This document shows, piece after piece, positions 1 through 9,477 of a DNA stretch of 64,000 bases (its first letter is position 1; the number at the start of each line of letters is the position of its first letter). Both the position numbers and the translations under genes were made by a program. Origin of the DNA: a virus; the IMG/VR virus record IMGVR_UViG_3300033753_000334, positions 1 to 64,000 of that record; one strand, 5' to 3'. A model generated the notes under the pieces. That model worked only from the letters and a program-made list of their open reading frames with translations, was not told where the DNA came from and searched no databases.

Positions 1-1179
1 ATGATTCGTGCGAAGAAAGTCTATTTCCGGGCATCCAAAACGGATATAGATCGGTTGTTTGCCTGCAACCGGGAATCGGCTCTTGTTTGGAATGAATGCT
101 TACGGCTGGCAAAAGAGTATCATCTTGAACATAAAAAATGGATTTCGAAATCCGAGCTTCAGAAACAAACAAAAGGGAAATTCCACCTACATAGCCAATC
201 CATTCAGGCGGTTTGCCACAAATATCTTTTCGCCAGAGACTCCTCCCATCAGGCAATCAAAAAAGGAAAGACAACTATACGCTACCCCTACAAGAAAAAG
301 AAACATTACAACACCAAATGGGCAAAAGACGGGTTCAAGATTTACCCAAATGGAAAAATTGAACTATCCATGGGCGTTCACAACGGAAAAAGGAAAAAAC
401 CGATTGTGGTTCATGCGTCCAACCTGCCACAAGAGAATATCAAGGAAATCGAACTGTGTTACGACAATGGATTGTATCTTGCGGTTTCTTTTGAAGATGG
501 GCAAGAAAACAAGCCCTATCAATCCAGCCATTCCGTCGGTGTTGATATGGGAGAAATCCATACCCTTTCCGCTTTTTGTGAAAATGGACAGGCCTTGATC
601 GTTACAGGTCGAAAAATACGTTCTCTTCACCGTTTGCGGAATAAGAAATTGGCAGAAATCCAACGTCTGCAATCGAAATGTAAAAAAGGATCCCGCCAAT
701 GGAAAAAATACCAACGAGCCAAACAGTATATTCTTTCCAAATCAGAGAAACAACTGCAAGATGCGCTGCACAAGGCGACCCGAAACTTTGTGAAGTGGTG
801 TGTGAAGCAGTCGATTTCAGATGTGTATGTGGGAAATCCTGAAGGGGTTCAACGAAATACCCGCAAGAAAAAGAAAACAAACCGAAAGCAGGCTCAGAAA
901 TTGTCCAACTGGTCATTTGGAAAAGTGAAAGACTATCTCAAATATAAATTGGCACAAGACGGAATCAAGATGCACGAGGTGGATGAGTCGTATACAAGTC
1001 AGACATGCCCTGTCTGCAGGAGGAAACAAAGAGTGTCTTCCAGAAATTATGTGTGTTCATGCGGATATCGTGAACATCGGGATGTTCATGGCGCACGAAA
1101 CATTTTAAGTAGAGCCATATATGGTGAGATGCTTCCTTTCGATATACCAACGAAACTGAAGTATCTACGTATCGCGTAA
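1..1179 (+). CDS. tnpB: IS200/IS605-family RNA-guided endonuclease TnpB
   Basis: N-terminal HTH, RuvC-I GVDMGE, YTSQTCPVC...CSCG zinc finger and RuvC-III HRDVHGARNI; followed by an IS right-end hairpin. Confidence 0.93.
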   Translation: MIRAKKVYFRASKTDIDRLFACNRESALVWNECLRLAKEYHLEHKKWISKSELQKQTKGKFHLHSQSIQAVCHKYLFARDSSHQAIKKGKTTIRYPYKKKKHYNTKWAKDGFKIYPNGKIELSMGVHNGKRKKPIVVHASNLPQENIKEIELCYDNGLYLAVSFEDGQENKPYQSSHSVGVDMGEIHTLSAFCENGQALIVTGRKIRSLHRLRNKKLAEIQRLQSKCKKGSRQWKKYQRAKQYILSKSEKQLQDALHKATRNFVKWCVKQSISDVYVGNPEGVQRNTRKKKKTNRKQAQKLSNWSFGKVKDYLKYKLAQDGIKMHEVDESYTSQTCPVCRRKQRVSSRNYVCSCGYREHRDVHGARNILSRAIYGEMLPFDIPTKLKYLRIA

Positions 1180-1377
1180 GCGAGAAGTAGTAGAAGGTTT
1201 GTTCCGACCCTTCTGTATCTATCAAAGGGTACAGAAGTTGCTTACTTACGTGTCGAGATGACTTCCGGTATGTATATCGAGTATGGGAGGCAAATCCTCT
1301 TATGCGCAGAAGCATCAACGATACGGCTGGTAAGAAACTCCCACCTCTAAGTGTTAGCGTAGGTGGGAGAGGTTCAT
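1..1377 (+). mobile_element. IS200/IS605-family element, right part (left end outside window)
   Basis: tnpB followed by subterminal hairpin CTCCCACCT(1338-46)/AGGTGGGAG(1361-69) and TTCA at 1373-76; overlaps the 3' end of the minus-strand ORF at 1354-1566. Confidence 0.8.
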
Positions 1378-1395
1378 TGCCGCAAGGAGTATGTA
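1150..1395 (+). ncRNA. Putative TnpB omegaRNA/reRNA (scaffold to ~1377, guide from flanking DNA); boundaries approximate
   Basis: Non-coding stretch between the tnpB 3' end and the right-end hairpin, where the TnpB guide RNA is known to be encoded. Confidence 0.6.
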
Positions 1396-1566
1396 ATGAT
1401 CACCATCTACCAGTAACTCAATAGCTTCAAGCAAGTCATCTTTCTGAATTTGCCCTTGTTCTAGCATTTCCTCTATCATTAGAATAGCGAATTTCCAGTC
1501 GATGTCTTTTTCTTCTATACCACGCTTTATACGCTCAATGAGTTGAATTGTCTTTTCAGATAACAT
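1354..1566 (-). CDS. Hypothetical protein; C-terminus supplied by the IS end
   Basis: ORF with GGAG RBS; last codons run into the IS right-end hairpin. Confidence 0.55.
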   Translation of the reverse strand: MLSEKTIQLIERIKRGIEEKDIDWKFAILMIEEMLEQGQIQKDDLLEAIELLVDGDHYILLAAMNLSHLR

Positions 1567-1774
1567 AATATCGCATCTCCTCGGTACAGGTTTAGATACT
1601 CGTATAGATGTTACTCATTATATATTCTGCGAGAAGGTGAAATATCCTGTTTTTTAATAGATTTGCGCTAATGCATTAGAGAAAAGGAGAGGGAGAGAGG
1701 ACGAAACATTCCTTCTCATCCCTGCTGCCAGAACTTTTGGAACCGTGAGTATATCGCCTGGATAGCTGATCGTG

Positions 1775-2116
1775 TTACCCTCTTCCGCCGTAACGTAGGT
1801 GAAGTGCTTCAAAGACCATACGTTTGTGATAGCTATCGAGGTAATCCATATCTCCCAGATTGATTTTGTTACGCTCGTTAAAGCAGTGTAACGCCAGTGA
1901 AAGTATGAACTTTTCACTTTGAGACCACACTCGTGCAGCGCGTTTGAGTTTGGTAACGTCGATACGCTCACCTTTAAAGTCTACATAGTGGATATACTGT
2001 CTTAGTTTAGTGTGCTGGGTGAAAAGGTAAATAACAGGTCGCCAATACTGGCTACCGTATAGGTGCTCAGGAATGGTAATATGCGTCGGCGAGGTTAATG
2101 CATCTGACATAAGCAT
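1775..2116 (-). CDS. Hypothetical protein
   Basis: ORF with AGGAG RBS and plausible composition. Confidence 0.65.
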   Translation of the reverse strand: MLMSDALTSPTHITIPEHLYGSQYWRPVIYLFTQHTKLRQYIHYVDFKGERIDVTKLKRAARVWSQSEKFILSLALHCFNERNKINLGDMDYLDSYHKRMVFEALHLRYGGRG

Positions 2117-2282
2117 ACATCTCCTTTTAAATATCTACTTTCGATCACTTATATACTTACATAGTATCCGCTGACATTTTCAAACATACCAACAATGTGT
2201 TACCGTACGCTTTTTTCCAGGCGAGTGCGCATTTCTCGAAGCAGCTGGCGAACGTCCCGGACTTTTCCAGTGTAGACGAACA

Positions 2283-3995
2283 TTACACGGTACATTGGAT
2301 CACCTCCTGTTCTACTGTGGTGAAGTCATGGATTGGAATAAAGCTATCGCGATTTATGAATCGGAAGTTATAGATGAAGTCTGCGTATCCGTTGAAAATC
2401 CGCATGTACATCGTTTTTCCATCGCGGTGAATGCACTCCAGTAGCGCCCAATCGTACTGAGCAGATTTATACAAGCGGACCGGAACGCCAACACCTGTTT
2501 TCTGCCAGTGAGCCAGACGCTTGGAAATGTACCCGTTTTGCTTGGATGTGAGGTCCGGGTGCGAGAATATAGTGCCATTTTCAATGCTTTGCGATTGGGT
2601 AGATTGGTACTCCCGAATTAATGTGAATTCCTCAAGATTGAATTTTTCAGCAGCCCCGGCGCGTTTTTGGTTGCCGTCTTTATCCCACATGAAGCAAAAC
2701 GGATACGGCGTTTCAAGAGATGTATTCATACACTCGAGAATGGCATAGCCGTCTTTGTCCTGGAATAGGCGCAGTGGTTTTACGTTCGGTTTGCTCAAAC
2801 GGACGTCTAGTACTGCTTGCTGTGCATCGGTGAGTCGAGGATTAATTAGCGAATAGTCTGCACTGGTATCTGCTATACTCGATTCGACAGACTCGACCAC
2901 TTTCTCTTGTGCTGGCTCGAGGGATTGCACAAATTCCAAGCGCTTCGGTGTCTGCTTGGTGATCCACGATTTTTTCGGACGGAACCAGCGGAAGCCATAC
3001 GCTTTGAGTTGTGCGAGAACTTCCAGCGCTGGTTTGGAGTCGAAGTATACTTCGATGCCGTTTTTCTTCTCGTTTAGCGTGACGGTTACGCCTGGGCGAG
3101 TGGATATTTCAGCGTCTTCGGAATCTGTTGCTATTTCACCAGTAATAGACATAACGCTTGCATTGCTGGACTGCTGCTGTTTGCGCTTCGCTTTTTTATA
3201 GACGGTTTTAGAGGTTACTTCTTCCACTTCGCGTAATTCAAATAATTTTGCGCTTTCTTGTTCGATATAACGCTCAATGTTTTTAGCAGTGATATAAAAA
3301 TTGTTCTTCCCGTTCGCTTTCAACTCTTGATATTTTTTCCCTAAGCGGATAAAAAAGTATGCAAGTTTATCACCGTATATGTCGATTTTTTGGACTTTGT
3401 AAAATCCGTTCAACCAATCAAATTTCACTAAATCTCCTACTTGGAAGCTCTTGCGCTCGATCTCAACCGGCTTCGTGACTTTTACGACTTGTTTTACTTC
3501 TTCCGCTACCAGTTCAGCAGCGGAACGAATCGCCTTTTCAAAACGAGACACAAACTTTTCGATGATTGCTTCTTGTTTTTTGCGATCGTTCGCCTGGTAA
3601 CAAGAAAAGATTCCTGTGCCTTTGTCTACGATCGCGCCGTCTTTTTCGATGTGCCAATTGCAGCCGCGCGGGTTTCCGTGCTGGAAAGTAGGGTATACTT
3701 CCTTTATAGTCTCGGATTCGGATTGCTTCGCTCGAATACGGTCTTGATTGATAGCCGATTGTTTGTAGTTTCGCTCAACCACTTTGTGACCGCTATAGCT
3801 GGTAGTGCGGTTGTCTACCACCAGAACAAAGCCGTCTTTTTCTGCGATCCCATTCCAATGAGCAGGGGACCAGTAGTCTACCATCATATCCGATTGGTCC
3901 GGTTTGTAACCAAACACTTTCCAGCCGTTTTTTACAAGCGCATGCATCAAGTTTACTTTCGCTTCCTGGTTATCATAGTATGACATACATATCAT
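2283..3995 (-). CDS. Large multidomain early/accessory protein (polyvalent-protein-like)
   Basis: 570-aa ORF containing a NGIEVYFDSKP...LKAYGFRW...W module recalled from phage/plasmid leading-region proteins. Confidence 0.7.
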   Translation of the reverse strand: MICMSYYDNQEAKVNLMHALVKNGWKVFGYKPDQSDMMVDYWSPAHWNGIAEKDGFVLVVDNRTTSYSGHKVVERNYKQSAINQDRIRAKQSESETIKEVYPTFQHGNPRGCNWHIEKDGAIVDKGTGIFSCYQANDRKKQEAIIEKFVSRFEKAIRSAAELVAEEVKQVVKVTKPVEIERKSFQVGDLVKFDWLNGFYKVQKIDIYGDKLAYFFIRLGKKYQELKANGKNNFYITAKNIERYIEQESAKLFELREVEEVTSKTVYKKAKRKQQQSSNASVMSITGEIATDSEDAEISTRPGVTVTLNEKKNGIEVYFDSKPALEVLAQLKAYGFRWFRPKKSWITKQTPKRLEFVQSLEPAQEKVVESVESSIADTSADYSLINPRLTDAQQAVLDVRLSKPNVKPLRLFQDKDGYAILECMNTSLETPYPFCFMWDKDGNQKRAGAAEKFNLEEFTLIREYQSTQSQSIENGTIFSHPDLTSKQNGYISKRLAHWQKTGVGVPVRLYKSAQYDWALLECIHRDGKTMYMRIFNGYADFIYNFRFINRDSFIPIHDFTTVEQEVIQCTV

Positions 3996-4447
3996 CTCCT
4001 TTTTTGTCCCGATTTCACTAAACGTAAAATCAGGAATTTGAAATTTGCTTAAAAAATACCTACATCTAATGCTATGGATAGCGACTGATACAACGAACGC
4101 TACTTCCTAGTATCGCCCATATCCTACCACTAAAAGATGATAAAGGGGAGGAATATGCGTCTAGATAGTAGGAATACGAGTGGGATTAACGGTGAAAGAG
4201 GGAAGAGAGAAGAAGGGGTTACTACTGCCGCCCACATACTCGGATACAAACTCAACGTGCGTTGTGCCCGGATGCCATCTCTAAATATACCGCACATTTG
4301 CATCTGTATATCCCTTTATCATTCGCCTTTTTCGCTCGAAAATGCCACTCGTTCAGCTAGCCGGATACATCACTTGCGCTCGAATATCCGAACAATGCAG
4401 TTTGCAGTAGGCAGAACAGGGGAGAGGAGCCGTACAAGCTCCTGCGC

Positions 4448-4621
4448 CTAAAAAGCATTTTTGTAGTCGTCCGTGCTAACATCGTACCCGGGTTTATCCA
4501 GCCATTTTTTCCGTTGCTCTGGCGTGCTATCCTGCATGATCTCTTCTACTTCGTTCATGTCCATGCCCATACAGTTGTGATGCTCGATGAATATGTCGTC
4601 AATCCATTCCCAATATGTCAT
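4448..4621 (-). CDS. Small hypothetical protein (57 aa, MTYWEWIDD...)
   Basis: GGAGGT RBS, directly downstream of radC; below the ORF-track cutoff. Confidence 0.55.
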   Translation of the reverse strand: MTYWEWIDDIFIEHHNCMGMDMNEVEEIMQDSTPEQRKKWLDKPGYDVSTDDYKNAF

Positions 4622-4634
4622 TTCCGTTACCTCC

Positions 4635-5087
4635 TCAAGCCATGTGCCCTTTCGCTTTCAGGCTATAATATGTTCCATCTCCTATGATAATGTGGTCAAG
4701 CAGCTCGATACCTACAATACGGCCTGCTTCCTGTAATCTCCGCGTGACTTCGATATCTTCTCGGCTAGGATCCGGCTTTCCACTTGGATGGTTGTGGAAT
4801 ACTATGATGGACGTAGCGTTATTGAGCAATGCCCGCTGGAATACCTCGCGCGGGTGTACTACGCTACTGTTCACAGACCCTGCAAAAATCAAGTGTGCGC
4901 CGACAATCTCGTTTTTTGTGTTGAGTGCTAGCATCCCGAAATGCTCGTTAGGCTTGCGGGATAGGCTGAACACCTTTTCGATTATGTCATACGCTGCATC
5001 TGGCGAATTGACCTTTTTGCTCTCGATGTCATACAGTGCGGCTTTATCTCTTACCAACTCTACAGAATACACGTTAATTCGTTTCAT
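4635..5087 (-). CDS. radC: RadC-like JAB-domain protein
   Basis: VHPREVF, HNHPSG, PSREDIEVT and LLDHIIIG motifs. Confidence 0.92.
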   Translation of the reverse strand: MKRINVYSVELVRDKAALYDIESKKVNSPDAAYDIIEKVFSLSRKPNEHFGMLALNTKNEIVGAHLIFAGSVNSSVVHPREVFQRALLNNATSIIVFHNHPSGKPDPSREDIEVTRRLQEAGRIVGIELLDHIIIGDGTYYSLKAKGHMA

Positions 5088-5215
5088 ATCATATCATCTC
5101 CTATACAGAATTAGGGTTCATCCCCTGTTTTGCCTACTGCTACCCACCATAATGTGTATTATGGTAGATTGAAGTAGAGGAAGCGCATCGACAAAAAGGG
5201 CGGAAGCCCCAGGAA

Positions 5216-5296
5216 TCAAAGACGTTTATCTATGCGATGCAAGATAAACAAAGCGATGAGCAGCAGTACGTTTGTAACTGCTAGAAGCCAAACCAT
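5216..5296 (-). CDS. 26-aa hydrophobic peptide, type I toxin-like (MVWLLAVTNVLLLIALFILHRIDKRL)
   Basis: AAGGTGA RBS, one TM helix and a charged tail. Confidence 0.45.
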   Translation of the reverse strand: MVWLLAVTNVLLLIALFILHRIDKRL

Positions 5297-5399
5297 AAAA
5301 ATCACCTTCTTTCTTGCATGTTTGGGGTTACATCGAATAAACTACTGGTAAGGGAAGAAGGCGGGGAAGTTGAGCGACTTGCGCCCGCCTTCCCTGGTG

Positions 5400-5618
5400 T
5401 TATTCTTGTGGTGAGTCAGATGTGTCCGCATCTGACTCTTTCTTTTTGTCTTCGATTGCGTCAGGTTCTGTGTTTTTATCTCTGCTAGCTTCGATGTTTA
5501 GTTCTATGTTGTTCCACTTAAAGTTGACTTTGAAGCTTTTGTATGAAACGCACATAGCCAAAAAGAGTCCGCTAACCGCAAGAATTGTAATCAAATCTGG
5601 TTGCATTATCGCCTTCAC
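5400..5618 (-). CDS. Small membrane-anchored protein
   Basis: GGAGGTG RBS, N-terminal hydrophobic helix, acidic tail. Confidence 0.6.
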   Translation of the reverse strand: MKAIMQPDLITILAVSGLFLAMCVSYKSFKVNFKWNNIELNIEASRDKNTEPDAIEDKKKESDADTSDSPQE

Positions 5619-5844
5619 CTCCCTTCACAGTAGAATCCTCATTACCTGTGGTGGGGAACGAGGAAGGAAGGGAATATCCATATATCTGCCCCCTTTGTCG
5701 ATGCGCTTCCTAAAGTAGTGTGATTGTTACTACGTCTATCCGAACCGTTCGCCAGCATGCCGCTACTAGGCTTTTTTCGCTACGTCTTTCCAGAGCGTGC
5801 GCGGCGGTTCACCTTATCACCGTTAGTTAGCCCGTAGGCTCAAT

Positions 5845-5863
5845 TATTCAGTTATCAAAGAGC
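5845..5863 (-). promoter_or_regulatory. BoxA-like antitermination motif GCTCTTTGATAACTGAATA
   Basis: Resembles Firmicutes rrn/phage boxA; lies upstream of the minus-strand block. Confidence 0.5.
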
Positions 5864-6566
5864 AGCCATCGAACATCGCAACCGCTTCGCGTGTGGTGCA
5901 GTTCCTCACTTTCGCGTTCCTGCCAGCCGGGGGAAGCTACTCCGACCTGGATGGATTTCACACGCTACCTTTTCCGCTTCGACTATAGAGATGTTGTGAT
6001 CGTGCGCTGTACCGTCGCGCACATGATGCGAGCGTTCCCGCATCGGGCGGTGTTTGCTTTTGCTTGTAGTAGCCGCATTTGTTGCGGCGGGAGTGGACCG
6101 CCTATCCAACCCTGCGCCATCCGCATACTTTATACTGCGTGTGCATCCTGCGCCTTGCTTGCGTATGTCGTTTTTTTCTTGCTGTCTTGTCGTGCCGTTG
6201 GCTTAACTATGCTTGCGCAGAAAAAAAGCAGCAACCATAATTTTTTTGCACTTTATGATGTTTGTTCGCATTGTGTTCGTGTTTGCCGACTGCCGCTGTG
6301 TGCGTTCGCCTGGTGTGCGGCAGTGGTGGCGAAAGTCAAGTATTGGCGCGGGTTTTAGCCCCCCCAGTGCCTAGCAGATTGCGTTCCGGCGCTTCGCGCC
6401 GGGGGTGTTCCCGAGCACATATATAAAATTTTGGGTCAACTCTGTTGCGCGTCTGGTAAAACTCAAAATTTGTACTGAAAAACTGTCTACTCTTAGAAGT
6501 GAGCCCGAATTTTTTATGTGGAAAATTTTTGTTCCAATTTATTGCGGTGTGCTATGATATGAGTAG

Positions 6567-7067
6567 ATGGTAAGTAGATATTCGTATTTTGTCTACCATC
6601 ACGATTTTGAAGATGAGGAGATGATGAAGATGGAGATGAATGAGAAGTATGTAGTAGGAGAGCAGGAGTTCAAACCGTTAAATGACTATGTAACACCGTA
6701 TAAGCAGGCGAAAGAGCATATGGAGTTGTTGCTGAAGCTGAAGGAGAGCGGCGTTAAAGTAGAGCAGGAGATTTCGGCGTTGGCAAAGCGAATGAATAAG
6801 ATGTTAGGTATTGAACCGGAAAATATGGGCTTTGCGACGGTAAAATCAATCCGACAGCCCATTATGGTGAAGATGTACATGAGTCAGGCGAATATAAGCG
6901 AATACATCAAAAGGCAACCGTCTTACGGCTATAATATTGATGTACAGGAAAAACATAGTGAATCTGATATACAGGTATACGTTCCTGCAAGTGAAATTGT
7001 AGAGTTTGTCAATGTTGCAGGAAAGGTTGTAGGGTATAAGATACGAGGAGATGAAGCATGTGAATGA
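6567..7067 (+). CDS. Hypothetical protein (start probably ~6621-6636)
   Basis: ORF with GGAG RBSs before internal ATGs. Confidence 0.65.
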   Translation: MVSRYSYFVYHHDFEDEEMMKMEMNEKYVVGEQEFKPLNDYVTPYKQAKEHMELLLKLKESGVKVEQEISALAKRMNKMLGIEPENMGFATVKSIRQPIMVKMYMSQANISEYIKRQPSYGYNIDVQEKHSESDIQVYVPASEIVEFVNVAGKVVGYKIRGDEACE

Positions 7068-7196
7068 GCGCTTGGAAGCTAAAATAGAAAATGCTCGAAA
7101 ACTTCAAGATGAGTTGAAGAGCATGGGAATTACTGCTGAGTTAGACGAGAAAACTGGTGAGCTGAAAATGAATGCTTCTGCATTTAAAAATAGGAG

Positions 7197-7454
7197 ATGA
7201 TATGTATGGTCAATGAAAAGTCTTGGCAGGAGTTCAGAGACAGCGGTTTGTTTTGGCTAATAAATACTTTCCTGCACACTTTTGGATGGGCAATTGTTAT
7301 AGATGTTGATGATAACGGCATCGCTAAATCTGCTTATCCAGCCAGAGTAAAATTCAGAGGATTCACCGAAAAGATCAACACAGAAGGGTATGAAAAGGTA
7401 TCTGCACACATGCTTGAAAATGCAGAAGAGTTGCTGAAAGAATCGAAGGAGTAG
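7197..7454 (+). CDS. Phage hypothetical protein
   Basis: ORF with AGGAG RBS, in an operon. Confidence 0.7.
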   Translation: MICMVNEKSWQEFRDSGLFWLINTFLHTFGWAIVIDVDDNGIAKSAYPARVKFRGFTEKINTEGYEKVSAHMLENAEELLKESKE

Positions 7455-7496
7455 TGTGTTTGCTTGGTTTTACTAAAGTAAAGGAGATGATGTGAG

Positions 7497-7751
7497 ATGA
7501 ACCGTCAATTTAAACTTTGCACAGAGAACAGTTGCTGTCCTGTAGTGGAAGTAGAGCGTGATATGTATACGGTAAAAGATGATTTTGGCGGCGTTCTTAC
7601 AGCAGAGCGCGGTTGGCTTCTGGATTATGTCGTTGGTGTACTTACAATGTGTAAGCATGACATGATTACGATTGGGACACAGGAAACAGGGAAAGTAAAA
7701 CTATCACGCGGAGAACTTGAATTGCTGGAGAAGGATTTACGTGGAAATTGA
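7497..7751 (+). CDS. Small Cys-containing hypothetical protein
   Basis: AAGGAG RBS, translationally coupled to the next gene. Confidence 0.65.
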   Translation: MNRQFKLCTENSCCPVVEVERDMYTVKDDFGGVLTAERGWLLDYVVGVLTMCKHDMITIGTQETGKVKLSRGELELLEKDLRGN

Positions 7752-8019
7752 GTTGCTTTATGCATTAGCGCTTCGGTTCTTCCTGATCGAGTTCAAGTCA
7801 ACCAAGCGGCCACGAGATTGGTTTCGCAACCTGCATCCTCTATGCGAGAAGTGGACGAGTTGCCCGTTTTGCAACGGATTTTGGTGTGGGTTGTTTGTCT
7901 ACTGGCTGTTTCATGGAGTGGCAATACACCTTCTATTCTTCGCACTAGCTTCAGGATTTGCCTCTTTTTTGGTGAGTATTGGACAAGAGTATATGTTGAA
8001 ACGCCTTGCAGGAGGTTGA
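7741..8019 (+). CDS. Small membrane protein with CPFCxGFW motif (DUF1360-like)
   Basis: Hydrophobic helices and CPFCNGFW; GTG start at 7741. Confidence 0.6.
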   Translation: MEIELLYALALRFFLIEFKSTKRPRDWFRNLHPLCEKWTSCPFCNGFWCGLFVYWLFHGVAIHLLFFALASGFASFLVSIGQEYMLKRLAGG

Positions 8020-8190
8020 ATCTCCTGCTTTTTTTATTGCAAAGTAGTGATATTTCAAAAGTATAAGTTTCTACTTTGGTGTCGAATATGGTAACGAAGT
8101 ACTACAAAATCGGAAATAATTATCTAAAAATGCTGAAAAAACTTGGACGATATTCATTACTTTGATTAAATTTGATATGTTAACATGTGA

Positions 8191-8230
8191 ATATAGTCAA
8201 TGAATAACAGAGTATAGTCTATGAATAACA
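8191..8230 (+). repeat. Tandem direct repeat, 21-bp period (TATAGTCAATGAATAACA / TATAGTCTATGAATAACA); putative operator
   Basis: Directly visible, ending just before the RBS of the 8247 gene. Confidence 0.7.
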
Positions 8231-8246
8231 AGGAGGGAAGAGACGT

Positions 8247-9104
8247 ATGACCCGCGATGCAGTAGAATGGAGAAGTAAGCTGATTGAAGCTGTATTAGAT
8301 ATGATGAATAATAACGACGGGGAAAGAGGAGAGATAAAGAAAGTATTGGAAGATATTGCTGAAACATATGGAAAGACGTTTAATACAGTTAAAACAGTCT
8401 TTTACAAAGAAATAAGACCTTATATTTTGGAACGAGATGGAGAATTTATTTATGAGAACCTAGATGAAAAGAGTGAAGCTTTGTTAAAAAGTAAAGATAT
8501 TGAAGAGAAGGCTAATAAACAAGGAGAAAAGCCTATTACATACGTAGAATCTCCTAAAGAATTAAAGGTTGGAGATTTAGTACAGGTTACGGCTACTGAT
8601 ATTACCCATTATGGGGTTTTTGCTCAATTAGGACGAGTAAAATGCCTTCTTCATATCTCAAATGTTAGTACAGATTATATTGAAAAAGAGGATTTACCTA
8701 GATTATTTAAACTTGGTGATATATTCGAAGCATATATATACAAAATAGAGGATAATAGTGTCTCTATAACGACTAAAGGAATAGATTTAAAAAGTAAAAA
8801 AGCAAAAATAAATGAGCAACCTTTAGGAAAATCAGTAGAAAATAACGAATTACATACTACGACCAATATAATAAATAATAAAATTCATGAAATAGAATCT
8901 AAGTATATCGAGGATATTATTGAATATTTGAATAAATATTTAGGTCCAGTTTCCCCAATAGCGAGGGAGAAAATCAATAATCTTTATCTAAAGTATGGGC
9001 CAGTTAAACTTATGATGTTAATGTCAGATTTAAAAGATTTCAAAGTAGATCCTGTACTTATATTTTTAAATCAAATAGAGAAAAAAGCGAGTGATGAACT
9101 TTAA
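8247..9104 (+). CDS. S1 RNA-binding domain protein with N-terminal helical/HTH-like domain
   Basis: LKVGDLV..ITHYGVF..LLHISNVS..LFKLGD..VSIT S1 signature; AT-rich gene. Confidence 0.8.
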   Translation: MTRDAVEWRSKLIEAVLDMMNNNDGERGEIKKVLEDIAETYGKTFNTVKTVFYKEIRPYILERDGEFIYENLDEKSEALLKSKDIEEKANKQGEKPITYVESPKELKVGDLVQVTATDITHYGVFAQLGRVKCLLHISNVSTDYIEKEDLPRLFKLGDIFEAYIYKIEDNSVSITTKGIDLKSKKAKINEQPLGKSVENNELHTTTNIINNKIHEIESKYIEDIIEYLNKYLGPVSPIAREKINNLYLKYGPVKLMMLMSDLKDFKVDPVLIFLNQIEKKASDEL

Positions 9105-9396
9105 CTTTACTGTTTATTTTTCTTCCAATCATGCAGCAGAAGAATATTTAAAGCGTATTCAGAAGGTTACTCCTACTGATGAATTAATTAAAGAAACCAA
9201 AAATATTTTGCCAGGTATCGTCGTAGACGGAGAGATTATTATTGAGTTTGGAAAATATAGATATGTTCGGAATGATAAAGCTTTTTTTCCATGTGTAAGA
9301 GTTGAAGATGGTAGGTTTTTGATCCGTACGACAATGAGATGGAGCGATGTGGAGCACCGTTTACAGGAGATTGTCGATCTGTACGCTAGACAATGA
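9091..9396 (+). CDS. Small protein, possibly RelE-like RNase fold
   Basis: Overlaps the S1 gene; SNHAAEEYLKRI start and a beta-rich end in IRTT. Confidence 0.6.
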   Translation: MMNFNFTVYFSSNHAAEEYLKRIQKVTPTDELIKETKNILPGIVVDGEIIIEFGKYRYVRNDKAFFPCVRVEDGRFLIRTTMRWSDVEHRLQEIVDLYARQ

Positions 9397-9423
9397 ACGT
9401 AATAGAAAATAAAAATATTATTG

Positions 9424-9457
9424 AAGAGATAGCTGGTAATAAGCTGTCTCTTTTTTT
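9424..9457 (+). terminator. Rho-independent terminator
   Basis: AGAGATAGCT...AGCTGTCTCT hairpin followed by a T tract. Confidence 0.65.
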
Positions 9458-9477
9458 GTCTATTCTAACCGTAAAAG

